DNA from: Oikopleura dioica
Taxonomy: Eukaryota > Animalia > Chordata
DNA length: 64,000 bases
Assembly: GCA_907165135.1 (NCBI GenBank)
Contig: OU015566.1
Span: 11,160,001 to 11,224,000 of the forward strand
Direction of reading: 5' to 3'
The first letter of the stretch is position 1. Every line of letters begins with the position of its first letter. Below, piece after piece: positions 24,391 to 36,839 of the stretch. The position numbers and the translations under genes were made by a program. The notes below the pieces were generated by a model. That model did not search any database, was not told the DNA's origin, and saw only the letters and a list, made by a program, of their open reading frames with translations.

Positions 24391-25844
24391 ATGAAACTTT
24401 TTTATGCTCTTTTTGCGTCTGAGGTTCTCGCGAGGAGAGAAAGAGCTCAACCATATCGACAAATTATAACGGACCCTGATAAGCTTTACTTTGCGCCTGT
24501 TAGACGACAAATCAGTAAGTCAATTGAAAATTCAAAGGCAAATAAAATTATTTTTAGCGGATGTCGAGTCGATGAACAAAGATGAGTTCAAAATCTACAA
24601 CAACAAGGCAGTCCAAGAGCTGCGATTCAAGGATCCACGTCAACTCACTTTGGATGAAGCGGAAGATGTAAGTCCAGCTCCTAAATCTATTCTTGATTTA
24701 TGATAAGATTGCCGATTTCTATGCGAACCTGCGTAAATGGCAAGCTCGAATGGACGACGACGAGGAACGAGAGCTCTGGAGAAAAGAGAAGATTCATCAA
24801 AAGAAGGTGCAGTATCAGAACATCGAGCATCAGTACGACAAGGAAAAGGGTCGCGAAAGAAAGAAGAAGCATGGAGAGCCAAAAACGTGGACATTAGATG
24901 ATGAAGCAGAAAGAAAGAAAAAAATTCGGAAAAGGGAAGAAAAAAGGAAAAGTCGATAAAGTTGAGAAAGGCAATAAGAAAAATGCGACAAGGGTACTGT
25001 TACTTTTGAAGATAAGGGATTGAAATATTTTTAGGATGACTACATCGAGATGAGAGAACGAATGGAACGAGAGGAATTCGAGCGAATGAGAAAATTTGAG
25101 GATCCATCGTTCGAGGGATACGATGACTATGAAGAGGAAATCATCATGGACGACGATGAGGACAACGACACCGCAGAAGATCGTAAACGTCGAGATGCTG
25201 AAAAGGAGAAGGTCTCCACCGGAGCCGACGATATTGGTAAGAAAATGAGAGGGAGGCGCGATGCAAGAATGTTTGAAATGCCGTTACCACAAGAAGATGA
25301 TGTTGAGTATATCGATGAAGATGATGAAGACGATGACGAGCCGCGCTACAAACACTACCGTGAAGACGGTTTGCCTCACCCTCGAGAGTATTTCGGCAAG
25401 CATGAAGAAGAGGAGGAAGAAATACATTATAGCGAGGACCAACTCTACAGAGACAATTTAAGAGTCCAAGAAATTACTGCACAGCTCTTCCAGACTCAAG
25501 GTTAGTTGTAGTTATATATCAAAATGGTACTGACATATATCAAAATAACAATGAATAAAGGCGACATGGAATTTGATGCTGTTTGGGATAGAGTCAAAAT
25601 GCACATTCCCGAATCCTTTGCGAAGGGAAAAGACGACTGGAAGCTCAAGGCGATCTTCCAACAACAAGCTCAAAATAGTAATTTCAATCTTCTTGTTCTC
25701 CTGTGTTTACGATATCTTTCAGTGAGAGACGATGAAAATCTTCGAATGCGCGCAGCTGAAGTCATCCAAAAACAACGCGCTGAGAAGGAGCATTACCAGC
25801 GATTCGCGAGAAAAATGATGGACAAATATGAAGGAGATCTTTAG
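24391..25844 (+). CDS. Orphan secreted highly charged protein B (paralogue of 23304-24230)
   Basis: MKLFYALFASEVLA signal-like start; in-frame GT-AG exons; ends YEGDL*. Confidence 0.75.
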
Positions 25845-26125
25845 ACGTAGATAATCATGCCTGCTTATTTCCAATAAAATAGATGAAACAAATATTTTTT
25901 ATCATCGTTTATTATTTTAAATAGTGAGGCGAGTATTACTCGCCGATGACAGTGAGTGGTGAAGGCAGTTTGAAAATAATGTGCACTTTCGCCTAAAGCC
26001 TTTAGGTGATAGTGTGAAGAAAAAGAATCCCTAGAAATGTTTCTGTAGAAAAATTAAAATTTGTAAGTCTAAAAATTTTATCAATCAAGCACTGGTTTGA
26101 TCAGATGCTTGCCCAAGACTTTTTT

Positions 26126-26900
26126 TCACTCAAATTCATTCTTCGAAAACTGGCTTGCTCGTTCTGCCATATCGTCTGCGAAGATGTTCGAGCGAGTGAG
26201 ATTGCTTGGGCGTACTCGTCGGCTTGACGCTGGATTTCTTGATCGTCGTGGACGAGGAGGAGTTTCGGCAAGCTCGTCGATGTAACTTATTCGGGAGACT
26301 TTGCCAATTGACTGAAATTTAGTTTGAGAGAGATCAAGGAGGAAAAGCAAACCATTCGAAAGGGATCAGGCTCAGTAAAACTCCGGTCGAATCGGGGAGG
26401 ATGACCAACGATCATCGGTGTCGAAGTTTGGAATTGAGGCAACTGCTGAGGATAAGCCGGTGGTGGTGTGAAAGGCAGGATGATTGGGGTGTTATTGGCG
26501 TTTGTCTGTTGTTTTCGCTCTTCCTTGATTTCTGTTTAGAGACTTAGATTTCGAATGAGTCTCACCTTATCGCGTATTTCTTTGATTTCTTTCTTATAGC
26601 TCTTTCGCATTCGTCCAGATCGACACATGCAAACCGTGCATGTGAGGATGCTACCGATCATAAAAGCTATCGCAATCAACAGGTAAAAGTATGGTGAATT
26701 GATGGCGATTTTTATAACTAAAAGGTTTGAGGATTTATGGCAAGAAAAGACTTCCTACAAGACTTACATGCTTGAAAATTAGAACCTTTGTTAGCGTGAT
26801 CATCATTGAAGGAGTGGGCTTCAGAGTTGCAGTTCAGATTGATTGTTGGTTGACCAGATATGGACGCGCTCGGAGCGGCGCTCCATTGAGGTTGACTCAT
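26126..26900 (-). CDS. Single-pass membrane protein family, copy 1
   Basis: 4 exons; INLNCNSEA, TM SPYFYLLIAIAFMIGSILTCTVCMC, PPPAY, C-terminal SQFSKNEFE. Confidence 0.8.
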
Positions 26901-27430
26901 CAAAGTTTTATCTCGCTTTCCTTTTGTCTCTCGATGTCTTTATATGAGTGACTACCGATTCATTAACGGTATGAACGGAAGTGTGTTAAAAACAGATAAT
27001 TATTTGCTCTTTTTCTGAATTTCAACAGGTGTAGATGATTGGCGAATGGGCGGGATGGAAAGCTGCTGCAAATTCTCGAAATAAAGAGAGACCGGAAAAA
27101 AGTGGTCTCGACCCAAAAAAGACAAATGTGGTGTTTCCCAATGACGCCATTACAAGCGGAAACGCTTGATATTGAACCTGCTACAGTGCATTTTCGAACT
27201 GGCGAGTACAAATTGAGGAAGTATTTTGAAACGACTTGGTGAGATAACTTATCGCGATTCTAACCATGTAAGTTTTTGCTAATTTGGAAAATTACATACG
27301 ATTTGCGATAATCATGCCTGCATATTTTCAATAAATTAACGACACACAAACGGAGAGATTCTTCGAAAGATGCAAATTGTAATATGCGCACATTTCAAGA
27401 TTCGTTTTTGTTAGGCAAAATGGGACTTTA

Positions 27431-28325
27431 TTAAATATCGAAAACCTTGCTTTTACAACAGACAGAAGGTGGCTCGACCATTTCTACAGTAAATAAAAGA
27501 CTTCCGTCGGTTATAATTTCGATTTCGTCAGAAACTTTCTCGTTGCTTGAAGATATAAGCTCTCCAACCCTAGAATCACAATAAAATACGCTCAAATCAT
27601 TGTATTTTACCTCATGGGCCCATCAATATTCCATTTGAGACCTGTTGTCCGAACATTACATTCACCATCGACAGGAATAAGACCAATCTTTCCCTCGTAG
27701 CCAGTATTCAAGGCCAATCTGTGTGCTCCCTTTTTGAGAACTCGCATCAGAGACGTATCTCTCAGGAAGTAAACTGGGCTTTGAAATTCATTCGAAATCT
27801 TCACCATTGTGTGGATTTGAGACATCTGATGGTCGAGACGGCCTTTTGCTCCAGTTCCAATAACAAAGACTGGGTCCTCAGGGACTCTTTCCAAAATCAT
27901 TCGAAGCGCTAGAAAATAAGATAGGCGGATTCTACCTATGCATGAGTTTAAACCTTTCTCGAAGTCGGTTGAGTTCTGATCCGGCGTTTCTTGAATGTCA
28001 ACGCCGTAAGCTTGATACTCATCGATGAGTTCCTTACTAACAGAGTCGAAGTCACCAGAAACGCAATGAGGAATAAAAACAGAGGGGCTTTCCTTGTCCA
28101 ACTCATACAAGACGTTCAGCCCACCATCTGCAGCGTGCCTGTAGGAAGACTGCGTCCAGAGCTTTTGAAATGTGCTGTAGAGAAGCAAATTCTGTTTGTT
28201 GATTTTACTGCCATTGAGGATAAGAAGACTGAAACCCTGAATTGATTGATATCAAGAAAATCACGAATTAGTACCTTTGAAATTACTGGAGCAAATGGCT
28301 GCTCAGCATATATCTCATTCTCCAT
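27431..28325 (-). CDS. TPK1: Thiamin pyrophosphokinase
   Basis: LLILN, AADGGLN, SGDFDS, PDQNSTDFEK, GRLDHQMSQI, TTGLKWNI, LISSSN. Confidence 0.93.
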
Positions 28326-28412
28326 GATTTGAATGACTGGACTCTCTTGTTGAACCGGGTGTTTTAGCTTCTCGTTTTGAACGCGCGGGCAGACCGTCAA
28401 CATGCGTCGTGG

Positions 28413-29307
28413 CAGGGTCTCGAAATATTGGATGTGCGATGGAAGTCCGAGCGCGCTCTCGGGCGCCGGACTTCCGCGTGCTGGTCGTTGGCTCGCCCCA
28501 ACGCCCGGGATGGGAAGTCCATATCGCGCTCACGCGCTAGGGGGAATGTGAGTACCACGCGCCACAGAAAACCCTCAAACGAACCAAAAAAAGTTCGTTC
28601 TTTACCCTGAAGCCTAATTTTTGTCGATTTCAGAATATTATCGCCTGCCGACCGGAACGACCTGAATTCAATGAATAAACACAGAATAATTCATTGAATA
28701 ATACACTAACATAACTAGTCCTTTCCTTTCATAATAGAATTAGTTATGTTTAGGGTCGACGAGCAAAAAATCAACCCCTAGAACCTCTTGAGATAAATGC
28801 CTTAAACTTTGGGACAATATGTTTTTGGCCCAACTAAAAAATTTGTAATCGAAAATTTTTTGATCTGATCACCTGATCAGGTGAAACGGACTCTCAAAAA
28901 GCGAGAAAAGCTTGATAAGTTTCGCATCGGATCTGAATCTGAAAATATCGATCTACTTTAATAAGCCGAAAAACTCCTTAGACTGGCCTAAAACTTACTC
29001 AACTTTGAAAAATTACTCAAGAAACTGTGATATTTATCGAAATATTATTAATTCTATAAATTGTTTGGGATGTTTAATGCGCGCGCTGTCCTTATTTCCC
29101 GGGCGCGAATTCAGAAAGGCGCGTCACCCCGGGCGCCGTCCAGCCCCAAGCGTGGACTTCCAACCGCGGGCGTTCGCCACCCAGCGCCAGGAGTCCGCGA
29201 ACGTCCGGCTCGGGGTTTTCTTCAAACATGGCCACCCACCGCGCAGAAGTCCGGCGCCCGAGAGCGCGCTCGGACTTCCACCGCACATCCAATTTTTCGA
29301 GACCCTG
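28413..29307. mobile_element. 895-bp non-autonomous hAT-type DNA element
   Basis: ~70-bp GC-rich imperfect TIRs starting cagggtctcgaaa; perfect 8-bp TSD cgtcgtgg (28405-28412, 29308-29315); no transposase ORF recognised. Confidence 0.9.
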
Positions 29308-29558
29308 CGTCGTGGGAAAACGCGCGTTATACCGGCACGTGTTATCATTAGAATTCCAATTTCTCTAAAAAAGAATGCATAAGAGACTGTTTTTATATGT
29401 TGTATTATTTAAAATAGTGCACCAAGAACAGTGGAAGATAAAGGCAGTTTGAAAACTGGTGTGAGCTTTTGGTCATGTGGGAAAACGGTGAGGAAAAATG
29501 GAAATGTTTCAGTAAAATATTGAACTTTATAACGCTATAAAGTTTACTACAGTTAGTT

Positions 29559-30345
29559 TCATTCAAATTCATTCTTCGAATACTGGCTTGCTCGTTCGGC
29601 TTTTTCATCGGCGAAGATATTCGCGCGAAGATTGCTAGGTCGTGTTCTTCGGCCTGATGCGTTTCTAGTTCGTCGTGGACGAGTTGGAGTTGGAGGAAGC
29701 TCTTCGATGTAACTTATTCGTGAGACTTTGCCAATTGACTTAATTTCAGTAAGAAAGAAAAACAAGGAGAAAGGGCGCACCATTCGGAATGGATCAGGCT
29801 CTGTGAAGCTCCGGTCGAATCGTGGAGAAGCGGCGTGGCCCACAATCATTGGCGTCGATGTTTGGAATTGAGGCAACTGCTGATGATATGCTGGTGGTGG
29901 CGAAATAGGCATGATCATCGGGGAGGGATGATATGTGTTGTTCGCGTTTGTTTGTTGTTTTCGCTCTTCCTTAATTTCAAATTTAGTGGCGTTGAATGGA
30001 AAAGAGCTCTCACCTTGTTTTCTTCGCGTATTTCTTTGATTTCTTTTTTGTAGCCCTTTCGCATTCGTCCAGATCGACACAGGCAAACCGTGCATGTGAG
30101 GATACTGCCAATCATGAAGGCTCCCGCCATCATCAGGAAAAAGTATGTTGGATTGCTGATGATATTTATAACTTAAAAACGTGAGCTTTTTCCCGCAAGA
30201 ATAGTCTCTTACATGCTTGAAAATCAGCGCTTTTGTCAGCGTGATCATCGTTAAGCGAGTTGGCTTCAGAGTTGCAGTTTAGATTGAGGTTGATTCCGCC
30301 GTTTGGCTGACCAGATATTGACGCGCTCCCTTGAGCTTGACTCAT
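29559..30345 (-). CDS. Single-pass membrane protein family, copy 2
   Basis: Same 4-exon layout and high similarity to copy 1; PPPAY; SQYSKNEFE. Confidence 0.8.
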
Positions 30346-30654
30346 CAAATTTTTAATTCAATTTCTACAACTAAAATTAAGTTAAATACAAAAGTTTCCG
30401 TAAGATAAGTGTAAATAAAAAAAAAGAATAAACTTTGAGGTAGATAAGATATAATACTTTTGAGGAATATTGCTAGGAATGATGATGAAGAAAGAGATAA
30501 AATTGCAACAAAAAAGACAAAAAGATCAGAATAGGAATGTTTATAGAAAGAAGACAAAGGATATAATAAGGATAAGGAGGATATTTTATGAATTAAAGAC
30601 TATGAACTGATATGAACGATTGAAGAAAAAGTGGACAAAAGAAAAACTTGATAT

Positions 30655-31087
30655 TCAGACAGAGTATTCTGAATAAAAGGGTGAAGAGTTTCTGTTAGTA
30701 CAATTTGAAACAGGAGTCAGTCGATATCCAGGAACTGGGAGATGGTGAGGGTAAGTAGAGTGAGGCGATAACGGGTAGGGCGGGATTTGTAAGGAAAAGG
30801 CTTGAGTTTGAACCTGTTCTTTCTTTTTTCGTGCTTTCTTGAATCGGCGAGTGCAAATCAAGGTGGCAACGATGAAGCCAAGAACAAATGACCCAGCCAT
30901 CAAAAGGCCGAAGTAAAGCGGGTTGCTGATAACTTGGATAACTAAAATATCAGTTATATTCTTCCTCCAAAAAGAAGTTCTTACGTGCTTCAAAATCAGC
31001 ACTTTTGTCAGCGTGATCATCGTTGAATGAATTCGCGTCAGAGTTGCAGTTCAGATTGAGGTTTATTGGCTGATGCCCTTGATTCAT
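30655..31087 (-). CDS. Single-pass membrane protein family, copy 3
   Basis: LNLNCNSDANSFNDDHADK exon; NPLYFGLLMAGSFVLG TM; Pro/Tyr-rich tail. Confidence 0.72.
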
Positions 31088-31422
31088 CAAATTTCTTTAA
31101 GAATAATATTCAATTTCTAAAAGGAAGGTCCCTTATGAAAACTTATGAAAACAAAAGAATTTAATAGAAGAGAAATGATAAAACTTATTAAAAACGAAAA
31201 TTGTCTAGAAATCCTACTTTGGTTCTTATCAAGTTATTCTGAAGAGTTCAATGACATAATTTATTTTAATTTTGAGCATGCAAATTTTTGAAGAAAAGAG
31301 GTAAAATAGCTTTTGATGAACTAGAATTTCTGGAAAATAAAATTGAAGGAAACTTTGTGAGAAAGAAAGTCGAATAAGATGGCAATGGAAGAAATTATCT
31401 ATGGATTGATAAAGGAAGAAAA

Positions 31423-31842
31423 TTATACGAGAGAATCAGATTTGTCGACAATGGCAATTCGGTTCTCTTTGTTGTTGGCAGTTTTGCGAGTTGGGGAAAG
31501 ATGGTCCCAAGAGAAAGAGGGATGTCGGTAGATGAATTTTTTCTTTCGAGCTCGAGCGGATCTGCACTTGAAGACGAGGCAAGTGACGATGCAACCAAGA
31601 ATCAACGATGCTCCCATCAGAAGGCTGAAGTACACCGGATTGCTGACGATATCCACGACTAAATGAAAAGCAAGATCACAAAAAAAGCGTGTGAAGGACT
31701 CACAAACATCGTTTTCAATGGTTGTCACCGATTGGAACAAGTTTCTAGCAAATGCCTCGGAGTTGCAGTCAAAATTTATCGTAATTCCATCCGGATCCTC
31801 TGGAATCGCCTGGATTAGATCGTTCTCGCGCGAAAAACACAT
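31423..31842 (-). CDS. Single-pass membrane protein family, copy 4 (divergent)
   Basis: INFDCNSEA; NPVYFSLLMGASLILGCIVTCLVFKC TM; basic ARKKK. Confidence 0.68.
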   Translation of the reverse strand: MCFSRENDLIQAIPEDPDGITINFDCNSEAFARNLFQSVTTIENDVCESFTRFFCDLAFHLVVDIVSNPVYFSLLMGASLILGCIVTCLVFKCRSARARKKKFIYRHPSFSWDHLSPTRKTANNKENRIAIVDKSDSLV

Positions 31843-31971
31843 CAAATTTTTCAACCAATCTCTGAAGAAAAATATTTAATGAAGCAGGATTGAAAATTTT
31901 CAATGAATTTATTTGAAGCAGCAGGTCGGATTTGGAAAATATAGTTGAAAAACTAGCGAGGAAAATATGTT

Positions 31972-34900
31972 TTATACAAGCTGAAAACCGCTTTGAATTT
32001 GAATAGCTTGACGTAATTTTTGAACTGTTCGTTTGACATCAGTATATGGCTGAAAAAAAAAAGATTATTTACTGATACTTTGAGTGGTACTTACAGGCAA
32101 GTCGAGTAGATTAAAACATGTATGGGCAACGGGAAGGTGGTCGGTGGTAGTTTTGACCTGTTTGATATTGATTTGAAGGCCTCCAAGCGGCACACGCGAC
32201 GATCCAGTCAGAAATATCAGAAATTTTCGCTTCTCTTCTTCTGTCAACTGATGAAATGCAGCCCAGAAGGTTCTAACAGTAGGATGACCGGCCTGGTATC
32301 CTTCGTGATACTGCGAGAAAGAAGTTGATAAATAATGAATACTAGGGACATCTTACCTTGGCGTTACTTTCAATTGCTCTCCAATCTACGACAGTGGCTC
32401 CGACGATGAGTTTTTGAAGCTCTTCTGCGCGGAACATCCCGAAAATTTGATTATCCTCCATCAAAGCGTTAAAACCCTGGAATAACTATTTAACTCTTAA
32501 CGAGACTTTAGTTTTACCTTTTGGAAGTTTTGAAATTTCGTCTTCACAGATGCATTAAAAATGTAATCGATGTAGGTTTCTACGTAATCTTTTCTGTTGT
32601 CATAATTCACTGGAATTTCTCGTCCACCAGGGATAAGGTCGAATTCAGTTGTCATATCGAATTCAGTTTGCTCGACAGAGAAGTAAATGCCCCAGTCTTG
32701 AAGTCGATCTTCTTCTGTCGCTTGCAAAATTCTTAATTGAATTTGAAAAGGGGAAGGTATTAAATGCGTCAAACCTTTCCATAGAATTTCCGATAGATGG
32801 ATGAAGCTCCTTCAAATCTGTCAGGTTAGGCTTCAGACCAAGAAGTTTTTTGTAGAGAGCGAATGGGAAATGAATGTCGACAATGTTGTCGTTATAGATA
32901 GCAAGGGCGCACACAATTCCGAAGAGGAAAAACTCTTGATTGAAGCCTTCGTCTTCGTCGAAAATTCCACTACTTCGGAACCAGACAAGATTTGATTCTT
33001 CATCTTCCTTGATCATTCCATAGCTTGGATCGAGAATCGCTTCGATAAGAAGCATGAAGAATTCTCGACGGACACCGGCTTCACTCTGCGGATTCGCGTC
33101 ACGGGCTTCTTCTCCTAAAAACGGTTGATATGAGACTTTGAGGATGGATCTTACCTCGAAAAGTAACAAGTAACGGTTTATGGAGAGCCTTTGGCCCTTC
33201 AGACGATTGAAAAATTTGGTTCATGATCTGATAAATTGTGTCGGAAAGAATTTTATCACGAGAAACATTCAACTGGACCAATTCACTCCGAATATGAACT
33301 TCTCCTGTCAAGATACCATGGGCGACACTTTGGACATTCCGCTGCCTCGTGGCGTTTGCCTTTTGAATTTGATATATTTGAGACTCGAAACGCATCAAGT
33401 GCGACTTGCACTGGGCATCGTAAACGAAGGGGTATTCGCAGAAGGAAAATTTATCTGTAGTTCGATTTGGAGATGATGTTCTTCCCATTCGCCAGTTTTT
33501 GTAATCTTCGAAAAGCTGAGGTGGATTGTTATTGAGGCCTCGTAGATAGAATTGATCAAAATTAAGGATGTTTTCGGTTTCATTAACTTCGTAAAGGCGC
33601 TTTAAATATTGACACAGGACAGTGAGGTAGTCGGTTTTACTAAAAAATACGCTAGCAAAAATAGAATCAACCATGAAATACTTTACCTATAATCACTAGC
33701 AGGAGTTCTTTCAAGATATGCCTCGATTTCCGATTTGACCACATGAAGAACTCTTGAGAAATCACGCTGGCCAAGAGCACCAAGCCATAATTTGATTATT
33801 TTTTCTCCATTTTCTTTGATCGCATTGGATTTTCTCGCAAATGTAACCAAGGCATTTGAAAACTCTCCTGGATACTGAGAACGATATTGCTTGGCAAAGT
33901 GGAGAACAACTGGAATTGTAATGAAAATGCGTAGCGTTTCAATGTCTAAAATATTATGAAAAACTGGCAGGATAGACATTTTTACCTGCTGGAACCGGAG
34001 GAAGTGAAGGAATAAGTTTGTTTCGTAGCGCATTTAAAATAATCTCTCTCGACTGGCTGTGACGGAAAAGTTGAACAAGAGCGGTCGAGCATTTTGAAAG
34101 AGAAACTCCGTGATTCTTCGAGTTTGTTCCCCAGTGATTATCGTCAAGAAAGGAGGCATTGAGGCTAGAAGCACTTGAGAAGATGGCGGCCAGCTCACGT
34201 TGAGCTGAATCTGATAGTTTTCCATTATCGAGCGTGTTGTAGACGGCGGCTAATTTTGAGCTGAATTTTCTTGGCTGCTTGAAACCTGCAGACATAAGAT
34301 ACTCTGGGCTGAGAGAGCATGAAGTTTCATTTTGAGACCCGGAAAAGGATTGATCTCCACCAGCAGCGACAGAACTAGGCAGGCGATCAGCATTTAGTGA
34401 TATTGAAATTGTGATAGGTAGTCTGATACTCGTGTCGTTGTGTTCACCGAGTTGTCCATTGGTATTCAGCCCAAATCCAATTAGTTGCCGCTTATCTGTC
34501 NNNNNNNNNNNNNNNNNNNNNNNNNNNNAAAAAAAAAAGACATTCGTGCCCATCAGTTCCATGATTTTCTTCGGTTGCGTTTGGTTACTAATGGAATTAT
34601 GTCCAAGCTGGCCGTTTCCACCATGACCCCAAGAGAACACGCCGCCGTTCCTCGTCCGGCAAACTGAGTGTTCTTCACCCATGGCAACGAAGACAACTTC
34701 CTGGTGCCTGAGATTTTTCACGAGCTTTGGAAAATTTGACCCGTCTGAAGTGCCGAGGCCCAGTTGACCCCAGTTGTTTCTTCCCCAAGTGTAGAGCGTT
34801 CCACTTGGACTGAGAACTCCGCTGTGATATGCGCCCGCGCATATTTGGATTACTGGAAAAGCATTCAAGGAAGCAATTATCGTTGGCTCAAGAATTTGTT

Positions 34901-35795
34901 TCTCCGAAGATCCAAGCCCCAGCTGCCCCTGGTCGTTGCTTCCCCATGAAAGAATTGTTCCCTCTTCTGTTAGGGCTAGGCAATGCTCTGCCCCACAAGC
35001 GACTTGAACCACTGACCAATGCATAATTTTATCTAACAGCTTCGGCTCGTGAATTGAGTCTTGCTTGCACATCAGTTGACCAGCGTTGCTCTTGCCCCAG
35101 CCAAAGAGAACGCCAGATTCAGCGATCGCTATTGAGAAATAATCTCCCGCCGCCACGTGAAAGATTTCTTCGCTTCCGAAACCCGTGACTAAGGCTGGGC
35201 GGCACTGGCTCTTGCACTGCCCTAATTGGCCGAATTCATTACTTCCGCAAGAGTAAACCTTTCGATTAGCGGTGAGATAGACTGTGTGGCGAAGTCCAGC
35301 CGCGATGGAAATGATGCTCTGGTTCGCGTCAATCGGAGAGGGACATTTTACAAGAGTATTTTCACTGCCAAGTCCGAGCTGTCCATAATCGTTTTTACCC
35401 CAGCCGTACATATCTATTTGTTGCGTAAAACGCTGACTAAGGACGTCTGGGGTTGTTGAATCCACTGGAGTTTCAGGGCCAGAAGGTTCCGGCTGCCTTG
35501 ATTCGCTCCCCTCTGCTCTAGTTTTCGAAGATGGCGTCAATGACTTTCGACTAGTATGATCTTCGCCACTGTCACTGATTCTAAAAGTAGAGATAAAAGT
35601 TCTTCAGCAAGAGCTGTTTTTTAGAATAAGTGAATCAATAAGGTGAATAACTGCAATCAAGGAGGAAAGCGAAATATTTAATCAACGGAAAGTTGGTGTC
35701 TCATTCTACTGTTTTTAAATGGCAGATAAATGTGTTATTTACTTGTTATACCTCCGATTCCAGCATGGGAGGCACGCGAAGACAGATTTCCCCAT
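31972..35795 (-). CDS. HERC4: Small HERC E3 ligase (RCC1 repeats plus HECT), HERC3/4-like
   Basis: RCC1 repeats (WGKNDYGQLGLG etc.); FSFCEYPFVYD; HECT GVRREFF, FLTGSSRVP, LPVAHTCFNLLDLP, GFQLV*. Confidence 0.92.
34501..34528. other. Assembly gap (N run) inside the HERC gene
   Basis: 28 N characters next to an A tract. Confidence 0.99.
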
Positions 35796-36839
35796 AAGTC
35801 ACTCAAGCATTCTATATTTTTTGAAATGGGAAATCTCTTTTGGAACAACGAGGTAATCTCAAATGGAAATCCTCCAGCCGTAACAAGGGAAAAACACCTC
35901 TCTCCTATTTAAATATTTCCACAGCAACGCAACATAGTAAAAATTGAATAAATATTAGTTAAAACTAATACTCAAAAAGTCAGAGTTTAGGATCTCTAGG
36001 AAGAAAATGTCCGTGAATGACCAAACAAAAAATACAGTCGTGAGTTGCTTTTAGCGCTTCCTCTTACTTTTTATTGATTTCTTTCTCTTCCATTTTCCGG
36101 CTATTAGCTTGGGGATCGGACTTTAATAGCTTTAGAAGGGATCTTTTGATCTCGATGAACAAAATACATAACGGGAGTAGCATCGCCACAGCGCTTATTT
36201 CCGCCTTTCTTTTAAACTCACGGGGCTTCTAGAACATTCTAGATATATTGTAAAGTTAAATCAAGCCCTGGGGATCACGAAAGGGTGTCAAATGATAACC
36301 AATCGGTCGCGAAATCAAACTATTTGTTGAATCTTCAAATTTACGACCTTAATTTTAATGAGTACCACTAGTGAGAACTTTTTGAATCTAAATTTCTATC
36401 AGCATAGGTCTGTTTATCCAACCTTAGATGAAATAGAAAGACCGATTGATTGAAAGTCTTAGGAAGCAGCAAATTTTTATTCTTGGAACGTGTAACTTTT
36501 CAAGATAATAAAAAATTAATAAATAAGCGAAAGCACAAACAAAAATTAATGCAAAGCGTCAGCAGAAATAAAAAAGGAATAAATACAACTTTGGTTGTTA
36601 TTGAAACGAAGAAACTTTCAGAAGCTTTTACTTACGGTAGTAAAACAGTAATTACAGTAAAATTGTTTTGTAGATTCAAAAAGATAACAGATTAGGTCGA
36701 TAACAAAAATCATTGGTGACAAAAAATAGTACTCGTTAAGAAAATAGTGTCATAGGTATATTCACGGAACTTGGTAGGTATTCTGAAGATACAGTATGTA
36801 GAAAGAGGAGATTAGGAAGTAGAAAAGGGGAAATCGGGT

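Noticed and set aside
28860-28890. ACCTGATCAGG upstream of TPK1, resembling part of a TPP riboswitch
   Set aside because: The following TAAT..GCGNAGG and the upstream GGG..CTGAGA elements are absent; it is a palindrome inside the hAT element
28912-29382. ORFs within the hAT element as a possible transposase
   Set aside because: No BED, DDE or hAT dimerisation motifs; GC-rich TIR artefact
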